64,000 nt of DNA. It comes from Squalus acanthias (lineage: Eukaryota). The stretch lies in the NCBI GenBank assembly GCA_030390025.1, contig CM059431.1, positions 114,578,001-114,642,000 on the forward strand, read 5' to 3'. The position numbers and the translations under genes were made by a program. Positions 38,027 to 50,996 of this stretch are shown one piece after another; position 1 is the first letter of the stretch, and every line of letters starts with the position of its first letter. The notes under the pieces were generated by a model. It was given only the letters and a program-made list of their open reading frames with translations. It did no database searches and was not told where the DNA came from.

Positions 38027-39685
38027 TGTTGGCTGCTAAGTAGGCAAATGGAAACATCCATTACCACCCTTGTCTCCCACAGAAACAGTCGGTGCCTCAT
38101 TGAGATCCTAATGCTGAAAAAGATTTTAAAAATTATAGTCAGTTTAAGTTTGCCTTTAATATTGGGGCTTTAATGACACTTATAAAGTACCAGAGCAAAA
38201 TTGTAGAAATTTCTGATGTCAGTGTTGGATTCACTTTTAGCCAACTGTCCCAGACTGTATCCATATCACGTCCTGTGTACTGAATGGATTTTAAACCCAC
38301 CTGGAAGATACAATTGGCTTGCATCACATCGGGCCCTAACATTGTGAGGGCTACAGTAGCTGGGGCGGTCACAGATCCTACCGAAATAAAAGAAGCATCT
38401 TTTAATTTATTTCATTTCCTGAAAACATTTTGGCATGAGCTCCCTCTCCACAGACATTAAGAAAGGTCAACATTTATATTGCAGTGGTTAAACTACTCCC
38501 CATGACAGACTTGATGCATTGTTGTGCTACAGGTGCAAGTTTGAAACTGATACTTGCTGAAATAACACAGGACTTGAAGAATCTTGTTATACTGCTGACT
38601 CGGTCTTACTATTTAACTTGGGGAAATTAAGCTCTGTACATAATGCTTGCACGTGAAAAGTTCTACTTATCAGCATCCAAATGCCAGTTAAATTTTAAAT
38701 TTCCTTCAGCTTTCATTAAAAGGACTAAACATAAGTGTAAAACATTCTCAGACGGTTACTTGAACCACCTGTGAACTTCATTTAGCACTAGTTACAATTA
38801 TACAGCAGCAGTTGCAAGTCCATGCGTTATTAGCCCCAAGGTGAACTCTGACCTCTTGCCTAAGTTCACAAAATGGCCGACTTCACACCCTAATTACATA
38901 ACACAGTTGGTGATGATGCGAAGCTGAAATCGCTCTGTACTGGCCATTTAACTAGCATGTAATATGAATTAAGAAAGTCCTGCCCGTTTGTTAATACGTC
39001 AGGAATCCCTGTTCTGATGACACTGCACCTTTAGGTGTGTCCGAAATCTAACCGTGTAAATTACTGTATAATCTTAGTGCTATACTTAAGAGGAGTGGCC
39101 CTGATTTAACAGGCACGAATAAAGCTTTTGCCTTCTGAGGCGATGTCTCTTTCCACAGAGTGTTTGAGTGCAAAACAGCACACATCACCCTACATCATAG
39201 AGACATGTAATCAAAGCATAATCAACAAAAAACTGATTATTGCTCAGAAAGATCAATAACTGTCACATCTCTAATACAAACGTCCTTCTTTTGAATGATT
39301 TCATTTCACTTGTTAAAATCAAATTTTGCTCCTATTATCTGATGATGAAGTGTTCTTGTAATAAACCTGATGTTTAAAAATCATTTCAAACAAATTACCC
39401 CGATACAATCAATAGAGGTCAGCCCCTGCAGTTGAAACAAATAAATTACTTGGTATTGATAAGGTGGGCTGGCGCTGTCAGCTGGTAAGCCAGGGGAATA
39501 GGGAAAGTTTAACAGATGGTACTGCTTGTAAACAAAACACTAATCTGCAGATGCTAACTGGCTTCGGCTGTTACCCCGATGACCAGTGCCAGCTTCTCCT
39601 CTGGCAGCCCTTGTTTACACATCGCTTTGTTTATCCTGTGACTACCTCATTGCTTCCTCTGGATATTTTGATTTTCAGATTCCAC

Positions 39686-39837
39686 GGCCCAGAATTCCCT
39701 CGGAGCTGCTCCTGCTCCGCCATCGTAACTTTGGCAGCAGTGCGGTGGAAAGAAACCCTGTCAATGGAGTATCTGTCGCACTTCCTGTGAAGTTACAATG
39801 GTGGAGCGGGGAGCAGCTCCAAGGAAATTCCGGGGGC
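39686..39837. mobile_element. Short fold-back MITE
   Basis: GGAGCTGCTCC..GCTCCGCCATCGTAACTT is inverted at 39790-39820. Confidence 0.8.
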
Positions 39838-39844
39838 TTACCAA

Positions 39845-40500
39845 AGTTTGCCTGATGGTTTAGTGGGTAAATAGATTGCATTGTATGTCACTGAGCCATA
39901 CAGGCCAGAAAGGTTCAAAGTGAGGGAGGGGAAAATTTAACCCAGGCTTTCCACTCCTGGTCATTATCCACTGTGTGGACATTGGCTGACGGCAAGATTG
40001 CACTCAGCTGTGGTGCCCTCCTTGGTTGAATAGCCTTTCAATATTCACTGTCTAGGTTCACACGCAGGTCGAGTGATGGCAGCTGGAGTAGGGTTGCCAA
40101 CTCTGGTTGGATGTGTTCCTGGAGGTCCCGCTTCCCACTGCCCCACCCCCACGCTCCACCCATTGGTCGCCCAATACATCCACCTTCTTGGCGCACACCA
40201 CCTTCCCACGCCAATTAGAAAGCGAACAGACTCGTCATGACTGGTTCTTGACTGTCAAACAGCCATTTTTTCCTATCTCCTATATTTCTATAACTAATAA
40301 AGGAAAGTGTTCAAAGAAAATGAAAAAAGAAACACAATTTCTTTTTAATGCCCCCTATGATTTTTCTCCCATACCCTGGAGATTAATCTTCAATTCCTAG
40401 CGACTTGAGGATAATCCTGCAGTGTTGGCAACCCTAAACTGGAGTTTGTGGAACCATTCACCAGCAAGGGTCAGTGCCTTCGGGAGGGAAGGGGAGAAAT
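39845..40500 (+). mobile_element. Old SINE-like family, unassigned (related copies about 1275-1530 +, 9010-9510 -, 10600-10960 -)
   Basis: Shared blocks ACTCCTG(A/G)TCA(C/T)TATCCA, CAATA(C/T)TCACTGTCTAG and GTCAG(C/T)(A/G)CCTTC between copies; tRNA-like head is degenerate. Confidence 0.55.
40089..40436. mobile_element. hAT-superfamily MITE inserted in a SINE
   Basis: Perfect 13-bp TIR TAGGGTTGCCAAC; 8-bp TSD AGCTGGAG / AACTGGAG (1 mismatch). Confidence 0.9.
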
Positions 40501-41884
40501 TTAGGGAAAATAGCGTACATAAAAACAAATAGGAAAACTATTCCCATGTGGAAGGGCTTCATGCCAAAGGTCCTTGGATGATTGAGTTTCCCATCTGAGT
40601 TGCGAGCTGCTGAGCAGAGCCCAGATCCTTCTCCACACTAGAGGAGAGAGACTGGCAGAAGCCCACCATTAATCATTTTCTGATGGCCAGTTTCTGCATC
40701 GAATTTGCAGAGGTTTGAAAGTCGAATATTTACACGCCCTCTTAGCCATGGAGGGTAGATGATGTGAAGAAACATCCCAGAAAAGAACAAAATGAAGGAA
40801 ATGTATGGTGTGACTAAAAAATACAAATTTGCTATAAAGTGATGAATTCCACCAACGCCTTCAGGGGTATTCATTTCAAATCTTTGGGGTTCCAGATCTT
40901 CTGATGCAGTAGCACGGCTGGGATTCTGTCTTTACATTGGGGGATCCCTTTTACTGGCAGGAATCCCACCAGAAGCCTGCCGTCTATATTTATTGAGCTC
41001 CAACCCAAGAGAAAAGATCAGAGCTGGGGCAGGCGTGGACGTGTGGGTGGAAATCCTGCTCCACTGGAACTCTACCCCAAAGAGGAAAATCTCACCCCTT
41101 CATAGTGTTCCCAAAATGATCCACTTAAATAGACATGTTTTAATCAGGACTTTTATTCAGAACCTCCCTCCAATTTTGAATAATGGCACAAAACGTACAA
41201 AATGCTCATGTGAACAATGATTGCTGCTAAGCTCTCAGTATAAACAAAGGAAAGGCAGATGTTGTAAACATTTAGAATACATTACAAAATATAAAGACTT
41301 GGTTTTCCCCCCCACTTACCGGTTTTCTCCTCAGCTATTTCTGTGTTCAGCTCGCTTACTGTACTTATTGATTTTATTTGTAGGTGGTCAGCTGATATAC
41401 CCTGTACACCATCTTTGCTTTCAAAGTTACCTCAGATAAAGTTGTAGAGCTCGTTTTTATCTTGCTTTTGATGGTTGATATATGTATAAAAAAACTCATT
41501 TAACTTACCTTACCAGCTTCTAATATTGACTTCCTTGGGATTTTGTTATCTGCAGTAATTTTCAATCAATGCAGAGGGCAGGCCTTACAAACAGCAAATC
41601 CTGGGCACATACTGTGAATGGCCAGTTTTATTGCCATTCATAAAAATATTCTGCAATTTGTTGGCACAGGTGCATTCTGAATGCTGAATGCTATTATGAC
41701 TTTTTTTAAACTCTGCAACTGACAATAATGCATCTCAAAGCCTGCATGAAATTGAGGAACAAGCTTCTCACATAGGCACTGGCCTCCAACAGATAACACA
41801 ATTACAGGCATTTCGAACACAAAGTTTTCTTGTAAAGCTTGTAATTTTTTAATGCCTTAGTATGTTACAAACCTCACGTCCAGA

Positions 41885-42240
41885 AATAACAACAACAACA
41901 ACTTGTATTTATATAGCGCCTTTAACGTAGTAAAACGCCCCAAGGTGCTTCACAGGAGTATTATAAGACAAAAAATTTGACACTGAGCCACATAAGAATT
42001 GGTTAGGGCAGATGACCAAATGCTTGGTCAAAGAGGTAGGTTTTAAGGAGCGTCTTAAAGGAGGAAAGAGAGGTAGCAAGGCGGAGAGGTTTAGGCAGGG
42101 AATTCCAGAGCTTAGGGCCTAGGCAACAGAAGGCACGGCCACCGATGGTTGAGCGATTATAATCAGGGATGCTCAAGAGGGCAGAATTAGAGGAGCGCAG
42201 ATATCTCAGGGTGGGGATTGTGGGGCTGGAGGAGGTTACA
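41885..42240 (-). mobile_element. L2 LINE 3' fragment
   Basis: Reverse complement of the 44.6-44.9 kb L2 end with (AAC)n. Confidence 0.9.
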
Positions 42241-43237
42241 GAAATAAATGTTCAGTTTAGTGGAGAACAAAAGACAATGGCCAAAAGCATGTTGAGGACC
42301 GACTTTAAATATGCAGATTGGGGTCCGATGACATCATCGGGCCCTGACTGCGATTTTAGCTGAGGCCTGAGCAAGGAATATGCTACTTAAACCAATGTCA
42401 GTAATGGAAAATGGACGCATGATTCAACTTTCAGGTCAGGCCTTATTTTTAAAGGAAAAGAAAGTGCATAAAGCATTAAAAAAAATTGAATTGTAAAAAT
42501 CAAAGAAATTGAATAACAAGAATCAATGTAAAATATCGTGCAAGTGCCGACCGCTGGATTCCCAGGTTGTGAATGTGTGATTCAGATTCAATTTTGTCCA
42601 CAAAAGAAAAGGGTGGGAAAGCTCAAATGAATAACAGAAGCTCCAACTAATTGATATCAATCTGTCCCAAGCTGTTGATGCAGAGGTAGACTTCCAGAAG
42701 AAAAGATTTCCCAGGGATTTGCCACACCATGCTGGCCACACTATGAGTAAGAATAAGTATTTTATTAAGTACTATTTAATTTGTTTTCCTGTTTTCGGAT
42801 GTTATAAATGTTACTTTTGCCGGTAGTTTTTCGACACGGGGATAAAATTCAAGATGGCTGCACAAAGCAACTTCACAAAATGTTATTCAGCAATTTAATT
42901 GGTTCAGCTTCTTATTTCGTTTACGGGCACATTTTACTCAATATTTATCTTTGGTTCATTGCTTTCACATATGCCTGCTGTGAATTCATACAGATCCTAT
43001 CTACAGAGTTTTGATCCGTTACTGATTTATGAATATGAAATTTGAACCAATCAAAAAAGTGTGGTACGTGACACAGGACGTGTGACGTGACTAATAGAAA
43101 ATCTGTGCAAGCATACTATTTGTGTTACATTATAGATAGATACAAGTTAATGCTTAATAAACCCTATCACTTATGCGCAGACTAAGGGTAACATACCCCT
43201 AAAAAGCTCCTTCAGGATAAGATAGAGTGCAGACGGT

Positions 43238-43387
43238 GTAACACAACTTGATATATCTAAGAGCACCTGGGAATATAATATTTCATGATATGATATTTAA
43301 GAGCTCAGCCAGGGTAACACAACGAGAAATTATACTTAAGAGCACTAGGGAATATATCTGATATGATATTTCAGAGCATCAGCCAGG
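43238..43387. repeat. Two-copy tandem duplication of about 75 bp
   Basis: GTAACACAAC...TAAGAGCAC..GGGAATATA...TGATATGATATTT.AGAGC..CAGCCAGG occurs twice. Confidence 0.8.
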
Positions 43388-44239
43388 TTGCTTTCCACTG
43401 TGATATAAAACCTCTCTTGGATTTTCTCTTAGTTGTATAGCCAGACATATCCTTAGAGTTCTCCTTGAAAGGTTTTCATTCTGAATGTTTCCTTCATCTA
43501 CCTCATCCACTTGCAAGTTTTCATGTCCTATCTCATGAAAAATAGTCTTTAAAATTTATGAGAAAAAGATCTATTTTACAATATACGACCAATAGATTCA
43601 CCCAGCATTGTTTTTATTCCTGCTCGGGTATTTATGTTAAGAGATTGGGAGATGATAGGCAAGACCTTCTTTTCTACCAACAGAAATTAAACATTTAAAA
43701 CATTTAATCTGAAAACCCATAATCATTTTATGCATGCACTCACCACAATCACTAGTCAACTGATGAATTTAAGGCCCAGGTTAATGTTGTGCATTGACCT
43801 TTATTTCTCAGATTATATATGTGACTCTTCACAACCCCAGATTTACAGTCATTGCCTGCACTATCTTCCTGCAGTTTTCTGAGGTAAATATTGTGGCATT
43901 GGCCTTTCGCCAACAAGTAAAAACAATACTAGAATAAAAGTTTCATTACAGTAAGGAATATTCTTGGGAAGCACAACATTTTTGTTAACATTTCAATGTG
44001 AATTCTTGAAAAGTGAATATATCTAAATAAGAGAATAACAATGCGGATCAAACAGGTTCATTTTTCAACGGGGATGAACTCCAATTCCTCAAGGATTGAT
44101 TTCAAAAGATGACAACTGCTCACCAGGATCAGCCTTCAGTATTAGTGTTCTTTTTACTAATACATATCGATAAACCAGAATATCTGAATATTACTATATT
44201 ATGGAAATGACTACTATTATAACGCTCAGTTGATTAACA

Positions 44240-44937
44240 TCCCTTCCATAATATCCGTTCTATCACTAAGACCGCTCATTTCCACCTTCGTAATATCGCC
44301 CGTCTCCACCATTACCTCAACTTATCTGCTGCTGAAACCCTCAGCCATGCCTTTATCACCTGCAGACTTGATTATTCCAATGCACTCCTGGCTGGCCTCC
44401 CGAGTTCAACCCTCCATAAACTTGAGGTCATCCAAAACTCTGCCGCCCGTGTGCTAACTCGCAGCAAGTCCCGCTCACCCATCTCCCCTGTGCTTGCTGA
44501 CCTACATTGGCTCCCAGTTAAGCAACGCCTCGATTTTCAAATTCTCGTCCTTGTTTGCAAATCCCTCCATGGCCTCGCCCCCTCCTTATCTCTGTAATCT
44601 CCTCCAGCCCTATAATCCCCCTAGACCTCTGCGCTCCACCTATTCTGGCCTTTTGAACATTCCCGATTTTAAATGTTCCACCATTGGCGGCCGTACCTTC
44701 AGCTGCCTAGGTCCTAAGCTTTGGAATTCCCTCCCTAAATCTCTCTGCCCCTCTACCTCTCTTTCCTCCTTTAAGACGCTCCTTAAAACCTACCTCTTCG
44801 ACCGAGCTTTTGGCCATCTGCCCTAACATCTCCTTATGTGGCTCGGTGTCAATTTTTTTTTTATAACACTCTTGTGTAGCGCCTTGGGATGTTTTATTAC
44901 ATTAAAGGCTCTATAGAAATATAAGTTGTTGTTGTTG
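44240..44937 (+). mobile_element. L2 LINE 3' fragment
   Basis: Reads FHLRNIARL...RLDYSNALLAGLP...QNSAARVLT...LHWLPV, then ORF 44494..44826 PYL...LRS...GGRTFS..GPKLWNSLP; (GTT)n tail. Confidence 0.92.
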
Positions 44938-45439
44938 ATAAAAACACAATAAAGATTCAGTCTGTTTTACACAGCCTAAGTAATTGACTACTTCACTGCC
45001 ACGGCTAATCGGTTGAAGTCTAAGGGATCACTGGCTTATTAGTTCCATTTGACCAGTTTGAGATTGGCCAGTAGATGGAGTTTCATAGTTCCAGCTGAGG
45101 GGGAATCATGCTTCCTGCTGGGTCATTGGAGAAGCCAAAGCCCAAAGCCATCCTACTTTATTAACTGAAGGAGGAAGAAAATAGCATGCGACAAATGGGG
45201 AAAAATATCAAGCTGGACTCGATAGGAAAGATTCATGTTTTTCTTGTTCTCCCTCTATATTTACAATTCCTTAAACACGTACATAAAACTGTGCCCCTTC
45301 ACCAGTGTCCAACTAATGGCTTAGTTGGTAGCAGGTTCTCCTCCACTTCAGGTTATGATTTTGACTCGTTGGCAGTGCTGAGAAAATTTGTTGCATTGTC
45401 ATTTGGATGAGACATTAAATCAAGACCACAACTGCATGT

Positions 45440-45790
45440 TTTTACAAAAATCTAGGCTGACGCTTCAGTGCAGTGCTGAGGGAGTGCTGCACTGTCAGAG
45501 GTGCCGTCTTTTGGATGAGACGTAAAATATCCCATGGCACTATTTTGAAGAAGAGCTGGGGAATTATCCCTGATGTCCTGGCCAATATTTATCCCTCAAT
45601 CAACATTAAAAAAAAAGATTATCTGGTCATTATGAGATTGCTGTTTGTGGGAGCTTGCTGTGCGCAATTGGCTGCTGCATTTCCTACATTACAACAGTGA
45701 CTGCACTTCAAAAGTACTTCATTGGCTTTAAAGTGCTTTGGGATGTCCAGAGGTCATGAAAGGCACTATATAAATGCAAGTCTTTCTTTT
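45440..45790 (+). mobile_element. SacSINE1-like DeuSINE, 5' part degraded
   Basis: Colinear with 59320-59685. Confidence 0.82.
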
Positions 45791-47429
45791 GTTTTACTTC
45801 TGGGGCATATTCAAGATCCCAGCACACCATTCAAAGAAATTCAGGCTCCTTTGCCAAATTGGATCGCGACGGACAGCTGTGCGGTCAGTTTTCTTGAGCG
45901 TACGGCAGCCAAAACAACAGTCCTTAAAAGGACCGCTGGAGACTGCCACCAAAAAGATAAGATACTTACATGAATGTGGAGCCAGGAGGAGCAAAAATGC
46001 TCCACATTAAAACTGCGGGCTCTAAGCGAGCATTGCACCCACCCCCATGACTGCCATCCGCAGCTTGCTGGTGATATACAAATGAAACCAGTGGGCCAGT
46101 TTTCCGTGGTCCTGTCGCCAGACTCTTTGGGCACATGGAGTGGTCTCTGAGCCCGGATCGTGCCCAAATTTCTAGGCCATTATGTTTCAGAAAGTAACTC
46201 ATTGCGTGAAGCGTTTTGAGATGTTTTGATAAGGCACTAAGAACAGCAAGTATTGTTTTTATTTTTTTAAGTTATCCATCAAAGCTTCTCTTACACTAAT
46301 CAAATGATGGTGTGAATTGCCACTGTTCCCACCATTGCTACAACATTGTATCATTTTTAAAAATATTCCTGTGGTAATATTTCACACGCAACTCCAAATT
46401 TCCCTATTACTTTCAATAAATCAATACCATAAGACTCGCCAAAGAATAGCAGATTTTAGTTTTACATTAATTACAGGAATGGACATTTTCAGACCTATTG
46501 CCTGTGCCTGTTATTCAGTATTATAATCGAGCCAGTGATACACAGACAGATGAACAGGGGCCAGCCTTCCAGCCTTTAAGCTACATATCTTCCCCCAGTA
46601 TGGAAAATAGTTTATATACATTCTGCGTAAATTACTCTTAATTATGTGATATTGATCATAAATAATGAACAAAAAAGCACTCCATTATATTTGTAGCTTG
46701 CTATTCATTTGTAATTGAGATCCAGGCTGTTTTATCCTGACAGTTGTTCCTTTTCAGTCGCTATGTGTGCTATTTTCATACAAAATCTCACTTTGCACCA
46801 ATGACATTCAGTGCACGCTGCTTACAATGTAAATTACAAATAACTGCAATATAATGCCCAAACCATTTCTGTAAAAATATGAATTAAATGTAGTTTTATT
46901 AATAATACATATTTTAATTACACTGCCAGGGGTACGTCCAGCAGGAGAAATTGAATCTGTACAAGACCGTACTGCACCATTTGAGTTGTGCTATGATTCA
47001 TTAGCAATGAATATGCCAATGCTTTGTGCCCATAAGGCAATCAGACTGCAAAGCTCATATGCATGTTTTGGTATAAAATAGATGCAATTGCACCAAGCAT
47101 TAGGAGTACAAAGGCTGCTTAAACCCATTACACAGAGGCTGAATTGATAATATCCATCCAGCCTCCATTTTAAATATTTCCAAGTCTTTTTCTTTCTTCT
47201 TTCTCTTCTTCTTTATCTCCAAAACGACTCACATTCGTTATTTGCCTTCATTACGCAGTGCAATCTCGTAAAGAGGAACTGCCATCATGGATTTACTAGG
47301 CAGGTTTATTGGGTGAAAAGCTCTATGTCACAAAGATGTGACCATGTAGCTATTGATTACTATTGATCCACAAGTTAGACAATGAAAGTGGCCCCCATGA
47401 CGGGAGTGATAATATACCCTGGACACGTA

Positions 47430-48127
47430 GGCCGTGAAATTGGATGGCACAGCGCACCTGTTTCAGGTGAGAAACAGGCGCTGAAGGGTCCAAAATGGAG
47501 TACAGTGTGCACATGCTCATTCCGTGCTAGGAATCCACCGTATGCCATGTTGGTTAGGGTGCCCTGCAGCCTGCCTGAAACAGGCATTAAGCCCATTCCC
47601 TATGCAAATCGGGGGCCTAACACCTATATCAGGCCCCTTCCGGATATTGGATCAGGACTGAACGTAGCGTGCACCATGCTTGCTACACTCTGTTTCCTCA
47701 GGTGAACCGCAGCCAAACCAGTGAGCCTTAAAGGGACCGCTGGAGGCTGCCACCAAAAAGGCAAGTAAAGCAATTTTTGCATACCTGAATGTAGAGCCAG
47801 AAGGAGCAGGAGTGCTTCTCCTGGCTCCACATTAAAACTGCAGGCTATTCTCGGCCACTGCTTGCCCCCCTCCTGAAATCCTTTTGCCCCCACCCCCACC
47901 CCACCCCACCCCCGCAGACTCATGGTAGATCCAGTGCCGGAATCCCCACTGGCTAAACATTCCCTTCTGCATGACCGGTGCATTGCCTCTTGGGGCACGA
48001 CTGCCAGCCCCAGCACACCAGACATGTCTTGATGACGGAAGAGGACCAACTTGGCGTGGTCCTCTTGCTCATTGGTTTCAGTGTGGTGGCACGGGGTTGC
48101 TGCTGGGCGCAAACCAATTTCTAGGCC
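47430..48127. mobile_element. Harbinger MITE sharing the TIR of the coding element (partial relatives 45800-46178 and about 58500-59125)
   Basis: Right end CCAATTTCTAGGCC is the exact reverse complement of GGCCTAGAAATTGG (25935, 61434). Confidence 0.85.
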
Positions 48128-48362
48128 ATAGAATGGTAGCAATATAATACACCAGACTACAGATCTGTGTACATGGATACCTCACACAAATCAGTGCAAA
48201 CAATTTTGTTATTCGTGTGATGTGCGCTCAATTCCACTTATTGGGACATCTGTTATATCTGCAGCATCATGAAGTTTGCTGCAGCAATTCTGACAGCACA
48301 TTATCTCTATAATATATTAAAAGTTTTGTATCTAGCATGCACTTCCTATTTATCACATTTAA

Positions 48363-49012
48363 GGGCTGGATTTTAACACCCCCCCATGGCCCTTGCCCAG
48401 CGAGAGCGCTGCGTGGGAGGGTTTAAGATCAGGCCTGAGTCCACTTAACCGCCTGAGGTCACTCCGTTCCCACCCGGCAAAATCTTATCTGCACCGACTT
48501 TGGAGGATTCCACGGCCTAATTTAAATATAAAAATCGCGGCCCGATGACTTCATTGGTGCCGCGGGTGATTTTTACAAAGACTCAGGGGAGGCCCGGCCG
48601 GTGTCAGAGCTGTTGGAGAAGCCTGGCGGCAGGCCGCAGAGGGGCCAGAAGAGACCAAGATAAGTAAAATTTTTGATTGTTCGCAGGAGCAGGAAGAAAT
48701 GCTCGGGCCTCTTTTGCCCCATCCCTCCCTCGCCCCTGTCCACACCGGCATCTAATTGGGAATGCCGCCCCAGCACTGACTTTATGCTGGGGCCCGTTCC
48801 CTTAGGCCCCCGGCGGCAGCTGGGTCCTGCCTCAATTCCCACTCCCACCCAGAGGCCAGGTGCGGGCGTGACTCTGGGAAACTTAATTCAAATGAGGCCC
48901 GGCCATTAAGATCAGTCAGGCCTCTATATCCCCAGACTCCGCGGGTGTGCCGCCCACTTCAAGGCTCGCGGGCATCATACCTGCACCCCTCCCCTCCTTT
49001 AAAATCAGGGCC
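48363..49012. mobile_element. Harbinger-type MITE, family C
   Basis: GGGCTGGATTTTAA...TTAAAATCAGGGCC; flanks TAA/TGA; reverse homologue at 57734-58413. Confidence 0.8.
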
Positions 49013-50603
49013 TGACTTCCTGTTGTCGTCCTTTTGCCATCATACTTTCACTGTGAAACATTGTTGATTGGCTCAAAGTACAACAGCAGTAAACGGAACT
49101 AAAGGGATAGGAAAAATATATTTTCTCCAAGTTGTTTCTCGACTATGATTTATCTTTCTCCAAATTCCCTTTCCCTCAAAAAGGCCTCTGTATAGTCACC
49201 TTCAGGTCGAGTGGTCCTACTGATGGGCAAAACTAATCTTTCCGTTCTCCTGAGGGAGCAAGCTCCACCGTGCCAAGGCATTCCCGCAGGTAGCTGTTGT
49301 AGCCAAACTGTTGCAGACACATTCATGTGACAGAAACCCCTGACCCTACCATTAAAAGCTAGTTCTGTATCACCAGAATATGGAGCATCTGTCTTTTTTA
49401 AGTTAGATATTTTATTTATTCATCTTTATATAGAAGGGTATTTTTTTTGAAGAAATATGACAGCATTGGAGCCAGTCTCTGAAAATGCCCTGCCTCTAGT
49501 TCAGGTTTGGCTCAGGCTGTCAGTTTACTGCATACTGCTCAGTAAATAGGGTCAGACAGCAGGTAAGCACAGTTGCCGCCTTCTCAGCATGTTTGCATAT
49601 ACGTTGCCGAGGGAAACAGAAGTACAATGACCCCCTTCCCTGCCTTGCCCGGATGCTAGGCAGGTAAAGCACACCAGAGGTGCAGTCCACTTATTCAGGC
49701 TTCAGAGTTGCCTGAATTTGGTAGCCTAGGTCAGTAACATGTCCTGGTTTCACGCCCAGTGCAGGCCTGCCGCCCCTTGGCAGGGCCTCGCCCCAGGAAA
49801 CGGAGGCTGGAACATAAACACAGCTGCAGGCATGGACTTCAGCCTCGGGGCTCAGTGGCTGCTATTGGAGACCAGCAGCCAATAGGCCTCCAGGCGTAAA
49901 GATCCTGAGGGTCCCTGCAATAAAAAGTAGGCCACTCAATATTTTGGGCCTTCTTTGCCTTACAGCCTGGTCCCATCAGATCTCAAGAAGGTCCACACAC
50001 AAGGCTACGCGCAATTCCACGGGGCTCCGAGTGGGTTCATTGTTAAGTTTAAGGATTGAGATAAATCGATCGCGACTTTATGAGCGGCCCAAACCGAACC
50101 GTTGCACAGGGCCCACAAGACAAATGGCACTTTTGGGAGCAATCTACCCACCTCAAATCTATGGCAACACTTGACCTATGCCTATTGCAGTGAAGGCACA
50201 GGCACCTTTCAAAAGCAGCTTCAGAAATCCTGGGCCGTTTAAAGGTGGCAGAGCTCAGCTGTCACGGTTCTCCGTCCCCATTTTCCTGCTCTTTGTGCCT
50301 TGGGAATACTGTTCCTAGGCGCCGACACCAGCAAAATCGGGCCCATTGTTTTTTTTTCCCCTGATTTGGAGTTATTTGAAAAGGTACTGTCTTCATACAA
50401 AAAGTGCCTGGCAAGTCTTTTGTCTTTTTTCATTTGCAAGCACATGATGTAACGGTGTAAATGTCATCAGAATACAGTGTGACGTGACTGTAAAGAAATG
50501 ATGCCCTGCTCTTTTGGCTTATCTTCCCCCCCCCACCCCCTTCACTCCGCCTCCCAAAGAAAGGTTTGGCAGAAAGTTACAGCTGCTGCAATCACAGTCA
50601 CAT

Positions 50604-50996
50604 AAAGAACTTGCATTTATATACCACCTTTCATGGCATCGCAAAGTGTTCCACAGCCAATGAAATACTTTTGAAGTGTGTACACTGTTGTGATGTAGGA
50701 AAACACAGCAGCCAATTTGCACAAAGTTCCACATCCAGTAATATTTGCTTAATGATGATGGTTGAGGGATAAATGCTGGGCAGGATTCCCCTGCTGTTCT
50801 TCAAATAATGTTGTGGGATCTTTTACATCCACCTGAGAGGCAGATTCGAACATTTCATGTGAAAGATGACACTTCCAACTGTGCAGCATTTCCTTATAAT
50901 GCTTAGATTATTGTGTTCAAGCCTCTGGAGTGGGGCTTGAGCACACGACCTACTGCTTCAGAGGCAAGAGTGCTACCACTGAGCCAAGGGCTGACA
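50604..50996 (-). mobile_element. SacSINE1-like DeuSINE
   Basis: Reverse complement of the same head, core and tail. Confidence 0.8.
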
